Source: Macrostomum lignano (lineage: Eukaryota). Taken from it: DNA of 64,000 nt. Shown here one piece after another: positions 1 to 9,250 of this stretch. The stretch lies in the NCBI GenBank assembly GCA_002269645.1, contig NIVC01000754.1, positions 62,001 to 126,000 on the forward strand, read 5' to 3'. Below the pieces are notes generated by a model. The model saw only the letters and a program-made list of their open reading frames with translations, was not told the origin of the DNA and did not search any database. Positions within the stretch are counted from its first letter, which is position 1; the number at the start of each line of letters is the position of its first letter. Both the position numbers and the translations under genes were made by a program.

Positions 1-729
1 ATCTTTGAGCTAAGCAAGACATCCGTTCGCCTCGACCGGCCAGTGTACATCGGCCAGTGTGTTCTGGACGATTCAAAGCTTATTATGTACACACTTTTCT
101 ACACTAAGTTGAAGTCCTGGTTCACGTCAACTCGCTGTGCTGCCAAGATTCAACTATGTGGTGGCGACACAGATTCTCTTTTTCTGTGCGTCAAGAACAT
201 CGACGTTCCCAACAACATGCTGCCCGAAATGATTGACAGAGGACTGTTGGATACATCCAACTATCCAAGCCAGCACCCACTACGCTCCGACTCTTTAAAG
301 GCTCGATTGGGTTGCGTCAAAGACGAGTCTGCAGGCTGCATCTACAAAGAGTGGATTCTCTTGAAGCCGAAGCTATACTCCTTTAAGAGTGCTCAGCAGT
401 CCTTGCCTGACAAGAAGACAGCCAAAGGCGTACAGAAGGCTGTTGTGAAGCGCACCATTACTCACGAAGACTTTAAAGCCGCTTTTGAAAGCCTAAAGCA
501 GCTAAATGTGACCGTTCGACGTATCACTAGTGCGAGGCATCAGCTGTTCACGGTGGAACAGGAGAAGAAGGCTCTGACTGTTTGGGAGGACAAGAGAGCG
601 TGGATTTCAGCCAATGTCAGCCTCCCGTTTGGCCATGTCAGTCTCAAGACGCATGCGGGCTCTCGCAGACGGAGAAGGCCGACGTCTTCAATCTCGGGCG
701 ATGAAAACGCGAAGCATTCGAAGACTTGA
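1..729 (+). CDS. polB: Protein-primed family B DNA polymerase, C-terminal part (open from position 1)
   Basis: RPVYIGQCVLDDSKLIMY, GDTDS, LGCVKDE, LKPKLYS, KTAKGV and WEDKR are Polinton pPolB motifs. Confidence 0.93.
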   Translation: MFELSKTSVRLDRPVYIGQCVLDDSKLIMYTLFYTKLKSWFTSTRCAAKIQLCGGDTDSLFLCVKNIDVPNNMLPEMIDRGLLDTSNYPSQHPLRSDSLKARLGCVKDESAGCIYKEWILLKPKLYSFKSAQQSLPDKKTAKGVQKAVVKRTITHEDFKAAFESLKQLNVTVRRITSARHQLFTVEQEKKALTVWEDKRAWISANVSLPFGHVSLKTHAGSRRRRRPTSSISGDENAKHSKT

Positions 730-959
730 AAATCTGTTTACTTTATCTGTTTCTTATTTGTGTGACGCTGAATTGCATCCGATGCTAATGTTTTTGTGAA
801 ATTAGCCTCCATTATGCTCTGGTGAAATACGCTTGTATTTTGATTTTTCCTTAATCAAATCAAGGTTCTAAACAGCGCTATTTTACGTCCCTGTTGTCTT
901 TATTTATATTTTTAAACTTTAAACTTTTTCCTTTTTTCAATGATTTACTTAATGTATTT

Positions 960-1060
960 TTGTGTCAGGTGGAAATTGGTTGGTTGTTTGAGCATAAACG
1001 AAATAAAAAAAGCGAGTTAAACAGTTTTTATTCACATTATTCGTGAAAATAACATTTCTT
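960..1060. terminator. AT-rich convergent 3'-end region with polyadenylation signals on both strands
   Basis: AATAAA near 1002 (+, after polB) and TTTATT near 1026 (AATAAA on -, after the TBP-like gene), between convergent genes. Confidence 0.5.
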
Positions 1061-1096
1061 GTCGTTGAGTTTTTGTATTTTGAGCTTGTTTGAAAG

Positions 1097-1678
1097 TTAA
1101 GTTTTCAAGGAAGAAAAAACAACATTTCTCAAGCGCATGTAGTCGGTATGTAACTGGTTAATTGATTGTGCACCACTTAAAACAAATGAGCCACTATGAA
1201 ACAACAGACATTTACAAAAGTTAAGCTTGAAAACCAACGCAGAAAACGATTCAGGTTCATACTCAGATTTCGGGATTTTCCTAGACAAATCCGACAGAGA
1301 CAGTGCAGAGCAAAGGGAAAGCTGTCCATTAGCAGTAATAGTTTTAATTCGAACACAAATAGTTTGATGAGGCAGCAGTTGAACCGGCACTCTCCGATGC
1401 AGCATAGCCACGAAGCGACGGGCAGCCCTTTTGGCGTCTGCGTGGGTCTTGGCACCGCAGATGCTCAGTTGTCCAGTAGGGTAGAGTAGCAGAGTCACTC
1501 TGGGACTCCGCATCCGCTTGATGAGCACCCGGGGCCAGACGGGCCGGTAGATCACATGAGCCATGCTGAGAGCCAGTTCCCGTAGAGGCAACTGGGCGCC
1601 CCTGCCACCATCCAGTCTCAGATCCACTCCGCCAACCAGATTGGTCACTCTTAGGGCTGTAGCTGCAGGTGGACTCAT
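1097..1678 (-). CDS. TATA-binding protein (TBP)-like protein encoded by the Maverick
   Basis: Two TBP half-repeats: VTNLVGG..L..YRPVWPRVLIKRMRSPRVTLLLYPTGQLSICGAK and IKTITAN..YEPESFSALVFK..CLLFHSGSFVLSGAQ. ATG at 1678. Confidence 0.88.
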   Translation of the reverse strand: MSPPAATALRVTNLVGGVDLRLDGGRGAQLPLRELALSMAHVIYRPVWPRVLIKRMRSPRVTLLLYPTGQLSICGAKTHADAKRAARRFVAMLHRRVPVQLLPHQTICVRIKTITANGQLSLCSALSLSDLSRKIPKSEYEPESFSALVFKLNFCKCLLFHSGSFVLSGAQSINQLHTDYMRLRNVVFSSLKT

Positions 1679-2195
1679 TTCGATCCTTGACTTCTTCACC
1701 AAATCTTCTGCCAAATTCACTGCCCCTGTGCCACGGACACTGCTCGCTTCTTAAGTTGATGCAGAACTTTGGCTTAAGCCAACTGTAGTGCAGCAACGAA
1801 TTTCTCACTGCGCAGCCAGTATCTGAATCTTCAATCGAGGGTGCTCCCAAATCTTCTAGGTTATAAACCTGTCTACCAAGCAGCTCAGTCAGGAAAATAG
1901 ACTTCCTTTCCCCATTTGTCCAGATTGGACCACTGGCAATCCTCAGAATGTCTTCCGCCAGTTCCATGTACGGACGGGTTCCATCATTCCACTTAAACTG
2001 GTGCAGACTCTTTGATAACTGTCTGTAGCAAACTCGCATGTCAGGTGAGACTCTCTCCCATGGATACGGAGGTGCGTACACATGGTGAGCAATTCGGTAG
2101 CTTCCCGCTCTGATTTGAACAACTGCCAACTCCTTCACAACAAATTTTTTGCTTGTGCTGTTGCACGGGAATCCTTGGAAGTCAATGTAGTTCAT
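1344..2195 (-). CDS. Putative DEDD/DnaQ-like exonuclease-fold Polinton accessory protein; C-terminal half probably spurious read-through overlapping the TBP gene
   Basis: N-terminal IDFQGF..FVVKELAV, HQFKWNDG and NLEDLGAPS..C resemble a recurrent Polinton ORF. Low-complexity-like tail after about aa 145. Confidence 0.5.
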   Translation of the reverse strand: MNYIDFQGFPCNSTSKKFVVKELAVVQIRAGSYRIAHHVYAPPYPWERVSPDMRVCYRQLSKSLHQFKWNDGTRPYMELAEDILRIASGPIWTNGERKSIFLTELLGRQVYNLEDLGAPSIEDSDTGCAVRNSLLHYSWLKPKFCINLRSEQCPWHRGSEFGRRFGEEVKDRNESTCSYSPKSDQSGWRSGSETGWWQGRPVASTGTGSQHGSCDLPARLAPGAHQADAESQSDSATLPYWTTEHLRCQDPRRRQKGCPSLRGYAASESAGSTAASSNYLCSN

Positions 2196-2223
2196 GGTGC
2201 AGCTTTCCGGAGAAATTTCGGAG

Positions 2224-2908
2224 TCAGTCCACCTTCTTATATACTTTTCTGCCAGGCAGTTTCAGCCAGGCTGTGTTGCTCCCGTACCCCTTGACTAGAC
2301 TCGCCTGTTCTTTCTCCAGTTCACCCCCTCTGCTGGTTGCCATTTTCTTCTTAACTGATTTACCAACAGCAGAAAGCGGAACATTAAGCTTTTTCTGCTG
2401 CAGCAAATCGATGAACTCGTTCCAGCCAACTGGTTCACGCTCACATGACGAATCCCTCACTGCGTGCTGAATCAAGTCCAGTATGTTTGAGGAAGGGATT
2501 GACGTGCCTGCGATTTCCACCTCCCCGTTTTCACAAACTCGAATCAGCTCTGGATTGGTGGACAGGATCGTCCATAGCCCTGGTTTTGAATTTCTGTGGC
2601 ACCGACTTGCTGATCTTCTCTTCCCAGGTGCTCATCTGGGGTGTCTCTGTTTTCATCAACTTGGCTTCAGCATTGCGTGCTCCTTCTTTTCCAGCGTGCT
2701 TGCGCTTGGCCAGCAAACTTTGCATTGCACTTTGGTACATGGCGGTTTTCACATCTTCTGGACAATCCTCGGCATACAAGATGTCATCGCATTTCTTCTG
2801 AGCCTGCTTCAAGTCAGCTTCAGTGGTAGTCTCATTTGGCTTCAAATTCTGCATCAACATCTCATACTCTGCTTTAGGAATCAGAACCATTTCTGAAAAT
2901 TTGTTCAT
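2224..2908 (-). pseudogene. Conserved Polinton hypothetical protein split by one frameshift near 2570
   Basis: ORFs 2531-2908 and 2224-2520 join as ..KTRA/ILSTNPELIRVCENGEVEIAGTSIPSSNILDLI..PVGW..F, similar to the GE..I.GSNI.DL motif of Mavericks. Confidence 0.6.
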
Positions 2909-3212
2909 TTTGCTTCTTCTTCTTTACCAGCTTAAGCAGAATCGGGAGTATTTTAATGAAGCCAGCCTTCAACAAGTCTATCTTTCTTCTCTGCTGAGTA
3001 ATTTTTCGAATTATCTCTTTTGACTTTGCAAGAACAGCTTTTTCATCGAGCGAAAACGATAGATTGTTTTGTAAGAGATTATGGCAGGCCTCGACAAGAA
3101 AATAACGCACTTCTTTTGGACAATTTTTTATCAACAGCCGCTTGAAGCGCACGGTATATTTAGGTGACGCAAGAACCGCAAAAATACTTGCATGTGAATC
3201 AAGCACTTCCAT
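2874..3212 (-). CDS. Small conserved Polinton virion-associated protein (PW/cupiennin-like)
   Basis: 112 aa with EACHNLL..N motif and C-terminal amphipathic GFIKILPILLKLV; located next to the ATPase. Confidence 0.55.
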   Translation of the reverse strand: MEVLDSHASIFAVLASPKYTVRFKRLLIKNCPKEVRYFLVEACHNLLQNNLSFSLDEKAVLAKSKEIIRKITQQRRKIDLLKAGFIKILPILLKLVKKKKQNEQIFRNGSDS

Positions 3213-3254
3213 AGCGATGAAAACAATAGCTGATAAAAAACAAGCTTCACTTTC

Positions 3255-3902
3255 TTAAGCAAATACAAGATGGGGTCGCTGGTTGGGTAGAATTCTGGCC
3301 CGCACTCGCAGCTCATCGGGAGTTGATGGGTGAAAGTCTAGGAACAGGTAGGCTCCCCTGTTCTGCGCGGTCACGTGCTTGAACACTGACAGCAGAAAGC
3401 CGGGCTTCTCTGTAAAGCACTGCCTGCCCAGTGCTGCAATCTGCAGCTGGTCTCTGGGGTTTTTCAAGATAGCTAAATACATTACATTCAAGCTCATTGT
3501 TCGCGACTCTTTTCCCTTGAAAAATATATTCTGAGTCAGCATCACCAAAAAGCACGGCAAGTGATGTGCGATTCCTGTGAAAAAAATTCGCATTGAAGCA
3601 GAGTTAGAAGTTTCCTCTATTAAGTCATCGAAAACAACCAGGTCATTGGGCCTAAGTGCTGCCTCGATGTTGGTGGGAAATCCCTGGCGCAGCTGCACAC
3701 CTAGGTTGCTCAATTCTGTATGGCCTGCCTGTGAGATCCCATAGTACCACAGAACTCTGCCAGGCTTCACATCAAACATGACGTCTCTGTACTGGATCAG
3801 GTGTTTGACAAAGGTTGTTTTTCCTGCATTGGTGGGCCCGCAGACAATCATGCAGCTTCCCTGCCTAAGGCGGATATCGTAGCAAACTCGCTTTTCTTCC
3901 AT
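3255..3902 (-). CDS. A32/FtsK-like DNA packaging ATPase
   Basis: Walker A GPTNAGKT, Walker B LVVFDDL, HH and LTQN motifs, KNPRD. Confidence 0.93.
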   Translation of the reverse strand: MEEKRVCYDIRLRQGSCMIVCGPTNAGKTTFVKHLIQYRDVMFDVKPGRVLWYYGISQAGHTELSNLGVQLRQGFPTNIEAALRPNDLVVFDDLIEETSNSASMRIFFTGIAHHLPCFLVMLTQNIFFKGKESRTMSLNVMYLAILKNPRDQLQIAALGRQCFTEKPGFLLSVFKHVTAQNRGAYLFLDFHPSTPDELRVRARILPNQRPHLVFA

Positions 3903-3931
3903 GTCTAATGCATAAATATAGTTCTAGAAAA

Positions 3932-4444
3932 TCACGGAAATCTTTTTCTTAAGTTGGCTTCAAACCTCTGTAAGATTCTATCATTCAAATAATTATTTTC
4001 ATTAGCATGCAAATGCTTCAAAATCCCCTCAAATGACCGATTGAACAGAAACTTTTGATAAGCAAAATAGATGCAAAACACTCCGCATTTATTAGAGTTA
4101 GCACATTGAAATCTGTTTATATTGCTTCGGAGCCAAAAGCCAGTTGTTTTAATCTCTCGAAACAAATTATAAACCACAGATAAAATTTCAGGTTCCCAGC
4201 CGAGGGAGTTGAACAACTCAATGCGATTTCCTTGCCCAACATAGCACACCACCCAGTGACCAAATGAGCCATTGTGCTGAAGTAGAACAAAAACAAACTT
4301 GTTTTCAAGGGAAATTGATGATAGAAATTTTCTTTTTACATTCAAGGGCAGAGAATTTTTATAGCGCAAATGTAAAGTAACTATGAGAAATTTTTGGCAA
4401 GGTAAAATTTTTTTGCCCAGATTGAATAGTTGAATTGCGTCCAT
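3932..4444 (-). CDS. Adenain-like cysteine protease (virion maturation)
   Basis: GHWVVC, ELFNSLG, Q..S..CG.FCIYF. Confidence 0.88.
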   Translation of the reverse strand: MDAIQLFNLGKKILPCQKFLIVTLHLRYKNSLPLNVKRKFLSSISLENKFVFVLLQHNGSFGHWVVCYVGQGNRIELFNSLGWEPEILSVVYNLFREIKTTGFWLRSNINRFQCANSNKCGVFCIYFAYQKFLFNRSFEGILKHLHANENNYLNDRILQRFEANLRKRFP

Positions 4445-4449
4445 GCCAG

Positions 4450-5733
4450 TTAAGAGGAATAGTCCAGCAAAAGCTCCCGGTGCTTGGTAACCTCAATTAG
4501 TGAGTCATACAGGCACATAGCAATCAAGGACACCGCTTCATTCAGTGCCTGTTGGAAGCGAATCTCCAGCCGCAGGTTGCCCTCCTTCTGTCCGTACCAC
4601 AGAGCCGCTCCCTCTGGTGTGAGATCGAATGCAAACACCGTGCTGTTGTTGGAGAAGAGCTGGTAGGGGATCCACGGGACCGAATTTGTGGGGCTTGCAG
4701 ATTGACAGCTTTTCAGGTAGTGCAAGTATTCTCTTACAAAGGAATTGTTTTCAGGTGTGAAGGCGCCGTGACACACGGTTTCCCCACCTTTCTTTAGAGC
4801 CAACCGGCTAAGGTTGAAGCTCTGGAACTGGAACGGGCTCGCGTGATGATGACCGTTGAATGCACGGTGGCTCACGAAGGCCAGCATGATGAACTTCGGC
4901 AATTTTCCATGAGTGAATCCTTCAATGTTTTTTGACTGAATACCCTGGGGTAGGATGAAGTTCTGCATTTCAGTTCGCTCGATGGGATACAGTGCATTTT
5001 GGTTTGTCAGCCCCTGCTCATGGGCCAGGCTGATGTGGGGCACCACTTTGACTCGGCGAAGATGCAGAATGCTGTGAGAGATTTCCATTCGGTATGCCGC
5101 GTTGTTTGCATTCGGGCTTCTGATGGCAAAGGCCCCATCGCTGGGCACCAGTTTGATGTGCAGGTGCAGATTGTTTAGCAGAAACACTGGGCACTGGAAA
5201 ACATCGCTGAAGAGCGGCCCCGCATACTCCATCCATTGGGATTCCCTGTGACTCTCCGTGTGCTCTTCAGGTGCCGAGTCCGGCTCCAGGAAGCCAGCAG
5301 GGTAAAGTTTTAGTTGCTGGGCATCGGATGAGCTCATTAGTGCTTTGAAGTACGCATGGTAGGGATAGAGCTGGTCTCCACCAGACAGCACTCGCTGGTT
5401 AATGCTCACAATTACATCTGAGAAGACTGTAGACAGAACAAAGTTTTCTGGGTGCACATCACTGTCTCTGCGCTCGGTGATGATGCCATCTCCATCTCGA
5501 ACATCCTCCCTCAGCAAACCCCCATCCAGTCTCACAAGGCGGCAGCGAATATAAAGAAAAGAATTAAGCAGATCTGTGTATTCATCGGCAGATTGGTGGC
5601 AGTCAAATTCAATGGGGGAGTTTGCAGTAATGGAATTTACTGGGTGAATATCAACATAAGTAGCTTTTTCAATGCAGGTTTGTAGAACAGGCGTCTTAAA
5701 TAAATCAAGTCTGGGATTGAATCCGTAAGCCAT
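4450..5733 (-). CDS. Major capsid protein (double jelly roll, PY/hexon-like)
   Basis: 427 aa with LDLF..P..QT.IE...Y, SPIEF, YTDL.NS.LY..C, LPK.I...FV...AFNG and F.FDLTP; adjacent to the protease. Confidence 0.9.
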   Translation of the reverse strand: MAYGFNPRLDLFKTPVLQTCIEKATYVDIHPVNSITANSPIEFDCHQSADEYTDLLNSFLYIRCRLVRLDGGLLREDVRDGDGIITERRDSDVHPENFVLSTVFSDVIVSINQRVLSGGDQLYPYHAYFKALMSSSDAQQLKLYPAGFLEPDSAPEEHTESHRESQWMEYAGPLFSDVFQCPVFLLNNLHLHIKLVPSDGAFAIRSPNANNAAYRMEISHSILHLRRVKVVPHISLAHEQGLTNQNALYPIERTEMQNFILPQGIQSKNIEGFTHGKLPKFIMLAFVSHRAFNGHHHASPFQFQSFNLSRLALKKGGETVCHGAFTPENNSFVREYLHYLKSCQSASPTNSVPWIPYQLFSNNSTVFAFDLTPEGAALWYGQKEGNLRLEIRFQQALNEAVSLIAMCLYDSLIEVTKHRELLLDYSS

Positions 5734-5735
5734 GT

Positions 5736-6107
5736 CTATGAAAGAGAGTCGAGCACGCGTTTCACAGTTTTCTTGCTGACTTTTCGCTTTCGCTTTCCTC
5801 CGCTTGCTGCATTCTTCTTTGCTTTCGTCTTCCTATTCTTAAGCTTTTTCCCACTAGCCTTGCTCGACCTCTTATTGCGATTTCCACCAGTTGCCTTTCG
5901 GGTGCCCTTCTTCTTCTTCAATCGTTTCGGACTTGCTACAGTATTTCTTTTGCGCCTGACGTTGCCACGCGTTGAAGATGATGATGTAGCCGCTGGCGGA
6001 GGCTGGTATGTCATGATCCCTGGGAAGCTCCCACAGCCATAGAGTGCAGGCTTTTCGTGTGCTGTCCTCACCCCCGAATATTGCTGGATCAGCTGCTGGT
6101 AGTTCAT
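5736..6107 (-). CDS. Highly basic putative core/DNA-condensing protein
   Basis: ATG at 6107 (MNYQQLIQQY..LYGCGSFPG..Q), followed by a long K/R-rich tract; lies between mCP and MCP. Confidence 0.6.
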   Translation of the reverse strand: MNYQQLIQQYSGVRTAHEKPALYGCGSFPGIMTYQPPPAATSSSSTRGNVRRKRNTVASPKRLKKKKGTRKATGGNRNKRSSKASGKKLKNRKTKAKKNAASGGKRKRKVSKKTVKRVLDSLS

Positions 6108-6922
6108 TGAATGCGTTTCTCCCGAATCTGAACTGTGAGCAGAACAGGGCTGTGAGTCTGTGCAATCAGTGGGCAACCATAGAAGTCCCGCAGCTGAACT
6201 CGAATGCTGTGAAGAAGACTGATTCGTTGAATCGGGAAGAATATTGTTTTCTTAAATATTTTTGACAGGTAGTTGCCCCATTCAATGTTGGCGTTCACTC
6301 CGACTGTTCTCAACAGGGAGCCCCAGTTGCAATTAGTTGACTCAACGATACTGCAGTGTACATTGATTAAGCTGGTGCGCGGGCAGCCAATGCAATGCTC
6401 GGATACGCGGCTCCCTGGCTGGATTTTCACAGCCTGGTTTCCAAATCCCAGCCAATGCAGAATTTTGCTGGATGGAAGAAACAGCTCTGCTCTCGCAGTG
6501 TTGTTGTGCACCACAGTTCGTGAGTTGCGGATTTCGAACTTCATACCGAATTCCCTGTTGCCACTACGCCCCATCAGGCCGGACTCATCAGCCTCCATCT
6601 CAGACTCCCTGTCACTCATTGCATCAAAGAACAGCGAATCAGAGTTGGCCAGCAGCTCATTCAGGCGCTCCACCAGCTCCTCCACTCTAGCAAAGCGTCC
6701 GGGTTGAAGAACCAGGGCCTCATGCTCTCTTCCATCTGAGACAGTGAAGCAGTAAGGCTCGTCAACATTGAACCATGCAGCAGGCAGATGGATTTCAGCC
6801 AGACCTGCCTCATAGTCCACATTTCGATCCAAGTAAATAGGTGAAGACAGGTAAAAATTAAAGTCACTAGGAGTACCTTCAGCATGCTCACTGTTAATCA
6901 AAATAGTTCGCATTATAATCAT
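6104..6922 (-). CDS. Minor capsid (penton-like) protein
   Basis: PSDF..YL..PI.L...YE.GL.EI..P..W.NV N-terminus and SIRVQLRD..G C-terminus. Confidence 0.8.
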   Translation of the reverse strand: MIIMRTILINSEHAEGTPSDFNFYLSSPIYLDRNVDYEAGLAEIHLPAAWFNVDEPYCFTVSDGREHEALVLQPGRFARVEELVERLNELLANSDSLFFDAMSDRESEMEADESGLMGRSGNREFGMKFEIRNSRTVVHNNTARAELFLPSSKILHWLGFGNQAVKIQPGSRVSEHCIGCPRTSLINVHCSIVESTNCNWGSLLRTVGVNANIEWGNYLSKIFKKTIFFPIQRISLLHSIRVQLRDFYGCPLIAQTHSPVLLTVQIREKRIQ

Positions 6923-6950
6923 AAACTACATGATGAGGGATGTGTCAAAG

Positions 6951-8018
6951 CTAAACCTTTCTTAAGTCTTTTTCATCCACCCAGCCTGTCGAACCGTAGC
7001 CGGCCCACTTGACAAGATAGCGAATTTTCCCTCTTTGCTTTTGTGTCTTCAACACTTTCTCAATCACGTATAGTCGCTGTGAGTCCGGCACTGCCTGCAG
7101 CTCGTGCTCGTGAAAGAGGCCTTGAATCTCTTCTCCCTTCATGTCTCGTATCTTGTACATGTAAGGATAATGTTTCGGAGCTTTTGCAACTACAGTGTAC
7201 ACTTCCTCACTCCAGTTTGCTTTGTACCCTTTTTTGAATAGCCGGGGCGCGTTAGAAATTCTTACAGTTTGATTTTCACTGAACTTTGGTTTCCTGACTT
7301 TATCCAAAGTTTCTATTGCCTTGCCATCATACAGGTTCATCCACACTTCCGACTCATTTTGCTTGCAAACATTTCTTGGCGCCATTCTGATGCTTCTGTG
7401 AAAAGTAGCATTGTACGACTTCACTAACTTTGGCAGCACATCTACCCAGTGCAGAGTGCTGTTGTGAGTGAAGTATCGCCACATTTTATTCTTCAAAGTT
7501 CGGTTCCATCTTTCTACAATCGCTGCTTTCTGCTCGCTGTTTGTTTTAAATGCTAAAATGCCATTCTCTATGCAGCTCTGTCGAAAGCTTGAGTTGACAA
7601 ATTCTTTCCCCTGATCTGAGCGAACTGTTCGCGGCCTGCGCTTCGTTCTCTTCAAAATTGCCTCGAAAGCAGACCGCACTTCTCCTGCTGATTTATTCTT
7701 TAGTGGCTTGGCCCAAGCAAACTTTGACAGCACATCGATGCATGTGAGGATATACTTGTATCCGTGATTGTACTTTGCGAACGGAATCATTTCTACCAGA
7801 TCCAGTTCCCACTGACCATCCATAGCTCGAACTACAATGGGTGCTCGGGGATAGTTTCTTCTTGATGGCTTATGTAAAGTGTAAACTGCCTGTTCGTTAG
7901 GCCAATTCTTAACAGATTTTTCTCCCACTTTGATACCTTGTTTTCGAGCCTCATTCAGAAGTTTGTTGCAACCAGAAAAACTGGCAGGCTGCTCGGGATT
8001 AAAGAATATCTTTTCCAT
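6951..8018 (-). CDS. int: RVE retroviral-type integrase with C-terminal chromodomain-like region
   Basis: DDE triad (WELD, RSDQGKEF, VERWNRTLK), WSEEVY, YLVKWAGY. Confidence 0.94.
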   Translation of the reverse strand: MEKIFFNPEQPASFSGCNKLLNEARKQGIKVGEKSVKNWPNEQAVYTLHKPSRRNYPRAPIVVRAMDGQWELDLVEMIPFAKYNHGYKYILTCIDVLSKFAWAKPLKNKSAGEVRSAFEAILKRTKRRPRTVRSDQGKEFVNSSFRQSCIENGILAFKTNSEQKAAIVERWNRTLKNKMWRYFTHNSTLHWVDVLPKLVKSYNATFHRSIRMAPRNVCKQNESEVWMNLYDGKAIETLDKVRKPKFSENQTVRISNAPRLFKKGYKANWSEEVYTVVAKAPKHYPYMYKIRDMKGEEIQGLFHEHELQAVPDSQRLYVIEKVLKTQKQRGKIRYLVKWAGYGSTGWVDEKDLRKV

Positions 8019-8379
8019 TTGCTAAAAAAATCAACTGAGACAGCTTTCTTTCTTAAATGCTTAAGGGCCTGCGATGAATAAAGTTTGATAGAACAACAGT
8101 GTATTTTACATGCAGTAACATATTATACGCTAAAGCAAGCATTCAGCGGAGCACAACACAGTGAGCATTTACTTCAGTGATTCGATTCAGAACAGTTACA
8201 AACAAAAGGAAACTGAGTAAAGCTTAAATGAAATCAAGTTGTTAGTCAAATTGTTGAAAATGAAGTCACGCGAACTGCTGAATAAATTTTGATTTTTTCT
8301 CGATTACTATAATTTTTATATGCGCATGGTAATCAAAGAAATACAAAATGCGAACTATCGCTGTCATTTAAAAACAAGT

Positions 8380-9126
8380 TCACTCATCATCTTCGTCCGA
8401 GTACGGCAGCTCGTCACGGGGTATCCACCTCGGCCTCTTGACCGCATCCTGCCTGCGCAGAGCCCACGGTTGCTTGCGCTTTCTGCTGTTGTTCACCGCA
8501 GCCGCATGAGCCCGGAATTGATACCATACCGGATCTTCTTGCAAGTTTGTGTCCTCTGACGGGATGTTCCCAGCGCCAGCTCGGGGCAGAGGCGTTGAAG
8601 TCACCGGCTCAGTAACGATCGTCAGGTCTGTTGGTGAGCGGGCCTCTTCTTCACCCTCATTCGGCTCAGTCTTGATGGGAAGCTTCACGGTGACCTCTTC
8701 ATCGTCGTCAGATGAGCTCAGCTCATAGTTCATTCGCATGCTTTGAGAGAGCTCTGCCAGCTGCTTGTCAATCCAACCGGAAGCGTGCCACAGTTTTTGC
8801 CACAAGAGCGGAGACAGAGGCACTGTGTTGCGTCTCAGAAACTCCTCACAACAGTCCTCGGGCAGTCGCTTCAACCAAATTGTTCCTTTTCTAACCTCAA
8901 TAAACTTGTCAAAGCCCAATTTCACAACCTTGGTTTCACCGCTTAGAGCAGCCTTCACGAGCGAGCGCTTTACCTCATTCAGTTTCACCCACTGATGCGT
9001 ATTCAGATTGAAGCCGGGAACTCCAGGCTTGAGGCTGGCGCTGCTGCCATGCCGAAAAAACTTCCTTATGGCGATGAATTTTTGCCCTTCAAATTCCTGC
9101 ACCTTGTAGCCTTCGCCGATGTCCAT
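8380..9126 (-). CDS. PC4/Sub1-like ssDNA-binding protein (two PC4-like repeats, acidic tail)
   Basis: VQEFEGQKFIAIRKFF..PG..GFNLNTHQW resembles the PC4 V..FKG....DIR.YY..P..KGI.L..EQW motif. A second degenerate repeat follows. Confidence 0.72.
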   Translation of the reverse strand: MDIGEGYKVQEFEGQKFIAIRKFFRHGSSASLKPGVPGFNLNTHQWVKLNEVKRSLVKAALSGETKVVKLGFDKFIEVRKGTIWLKRLPEDCCEEFLRRNTVPLSPLLWQKLWHASGWIDKQLAELSQSMRMNYELSSSDDDEEVTVKLPIKTEPNEGEEEARSPTDLTIVTEPVTSTPLPRAGAGNIPSEDTNLQEDPVWYQFRAHAAAVNNSRKRKQPWALRRQDAVKRPRWIPRDELPYSDEDDE

Positions 9127-9198
9127 GATTCACGTTAAGTCGTCTTCAGAGATTAAAAAGTGAAGTATGATCTTAAAAATGCTTTTCAAAGCTGGCCC

Positions 9199-9250
9199 TT
9201 TTATATCCCCATGGCGGAGTGGGGTGGGTGCCGGAGGGTGGGTGGATGCT
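9199..9250 (-). promoter_or_regulatory. TATA box (ATATAAAA) with upstream GC/CACCC boxes ahead of the PC4-like gene
   Basis: TTTTATAT at 9199-9206, about 75 nt upstream of ATG 9126; GGGTGGG repeats at 9216-9250. Confidence 0.55.
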
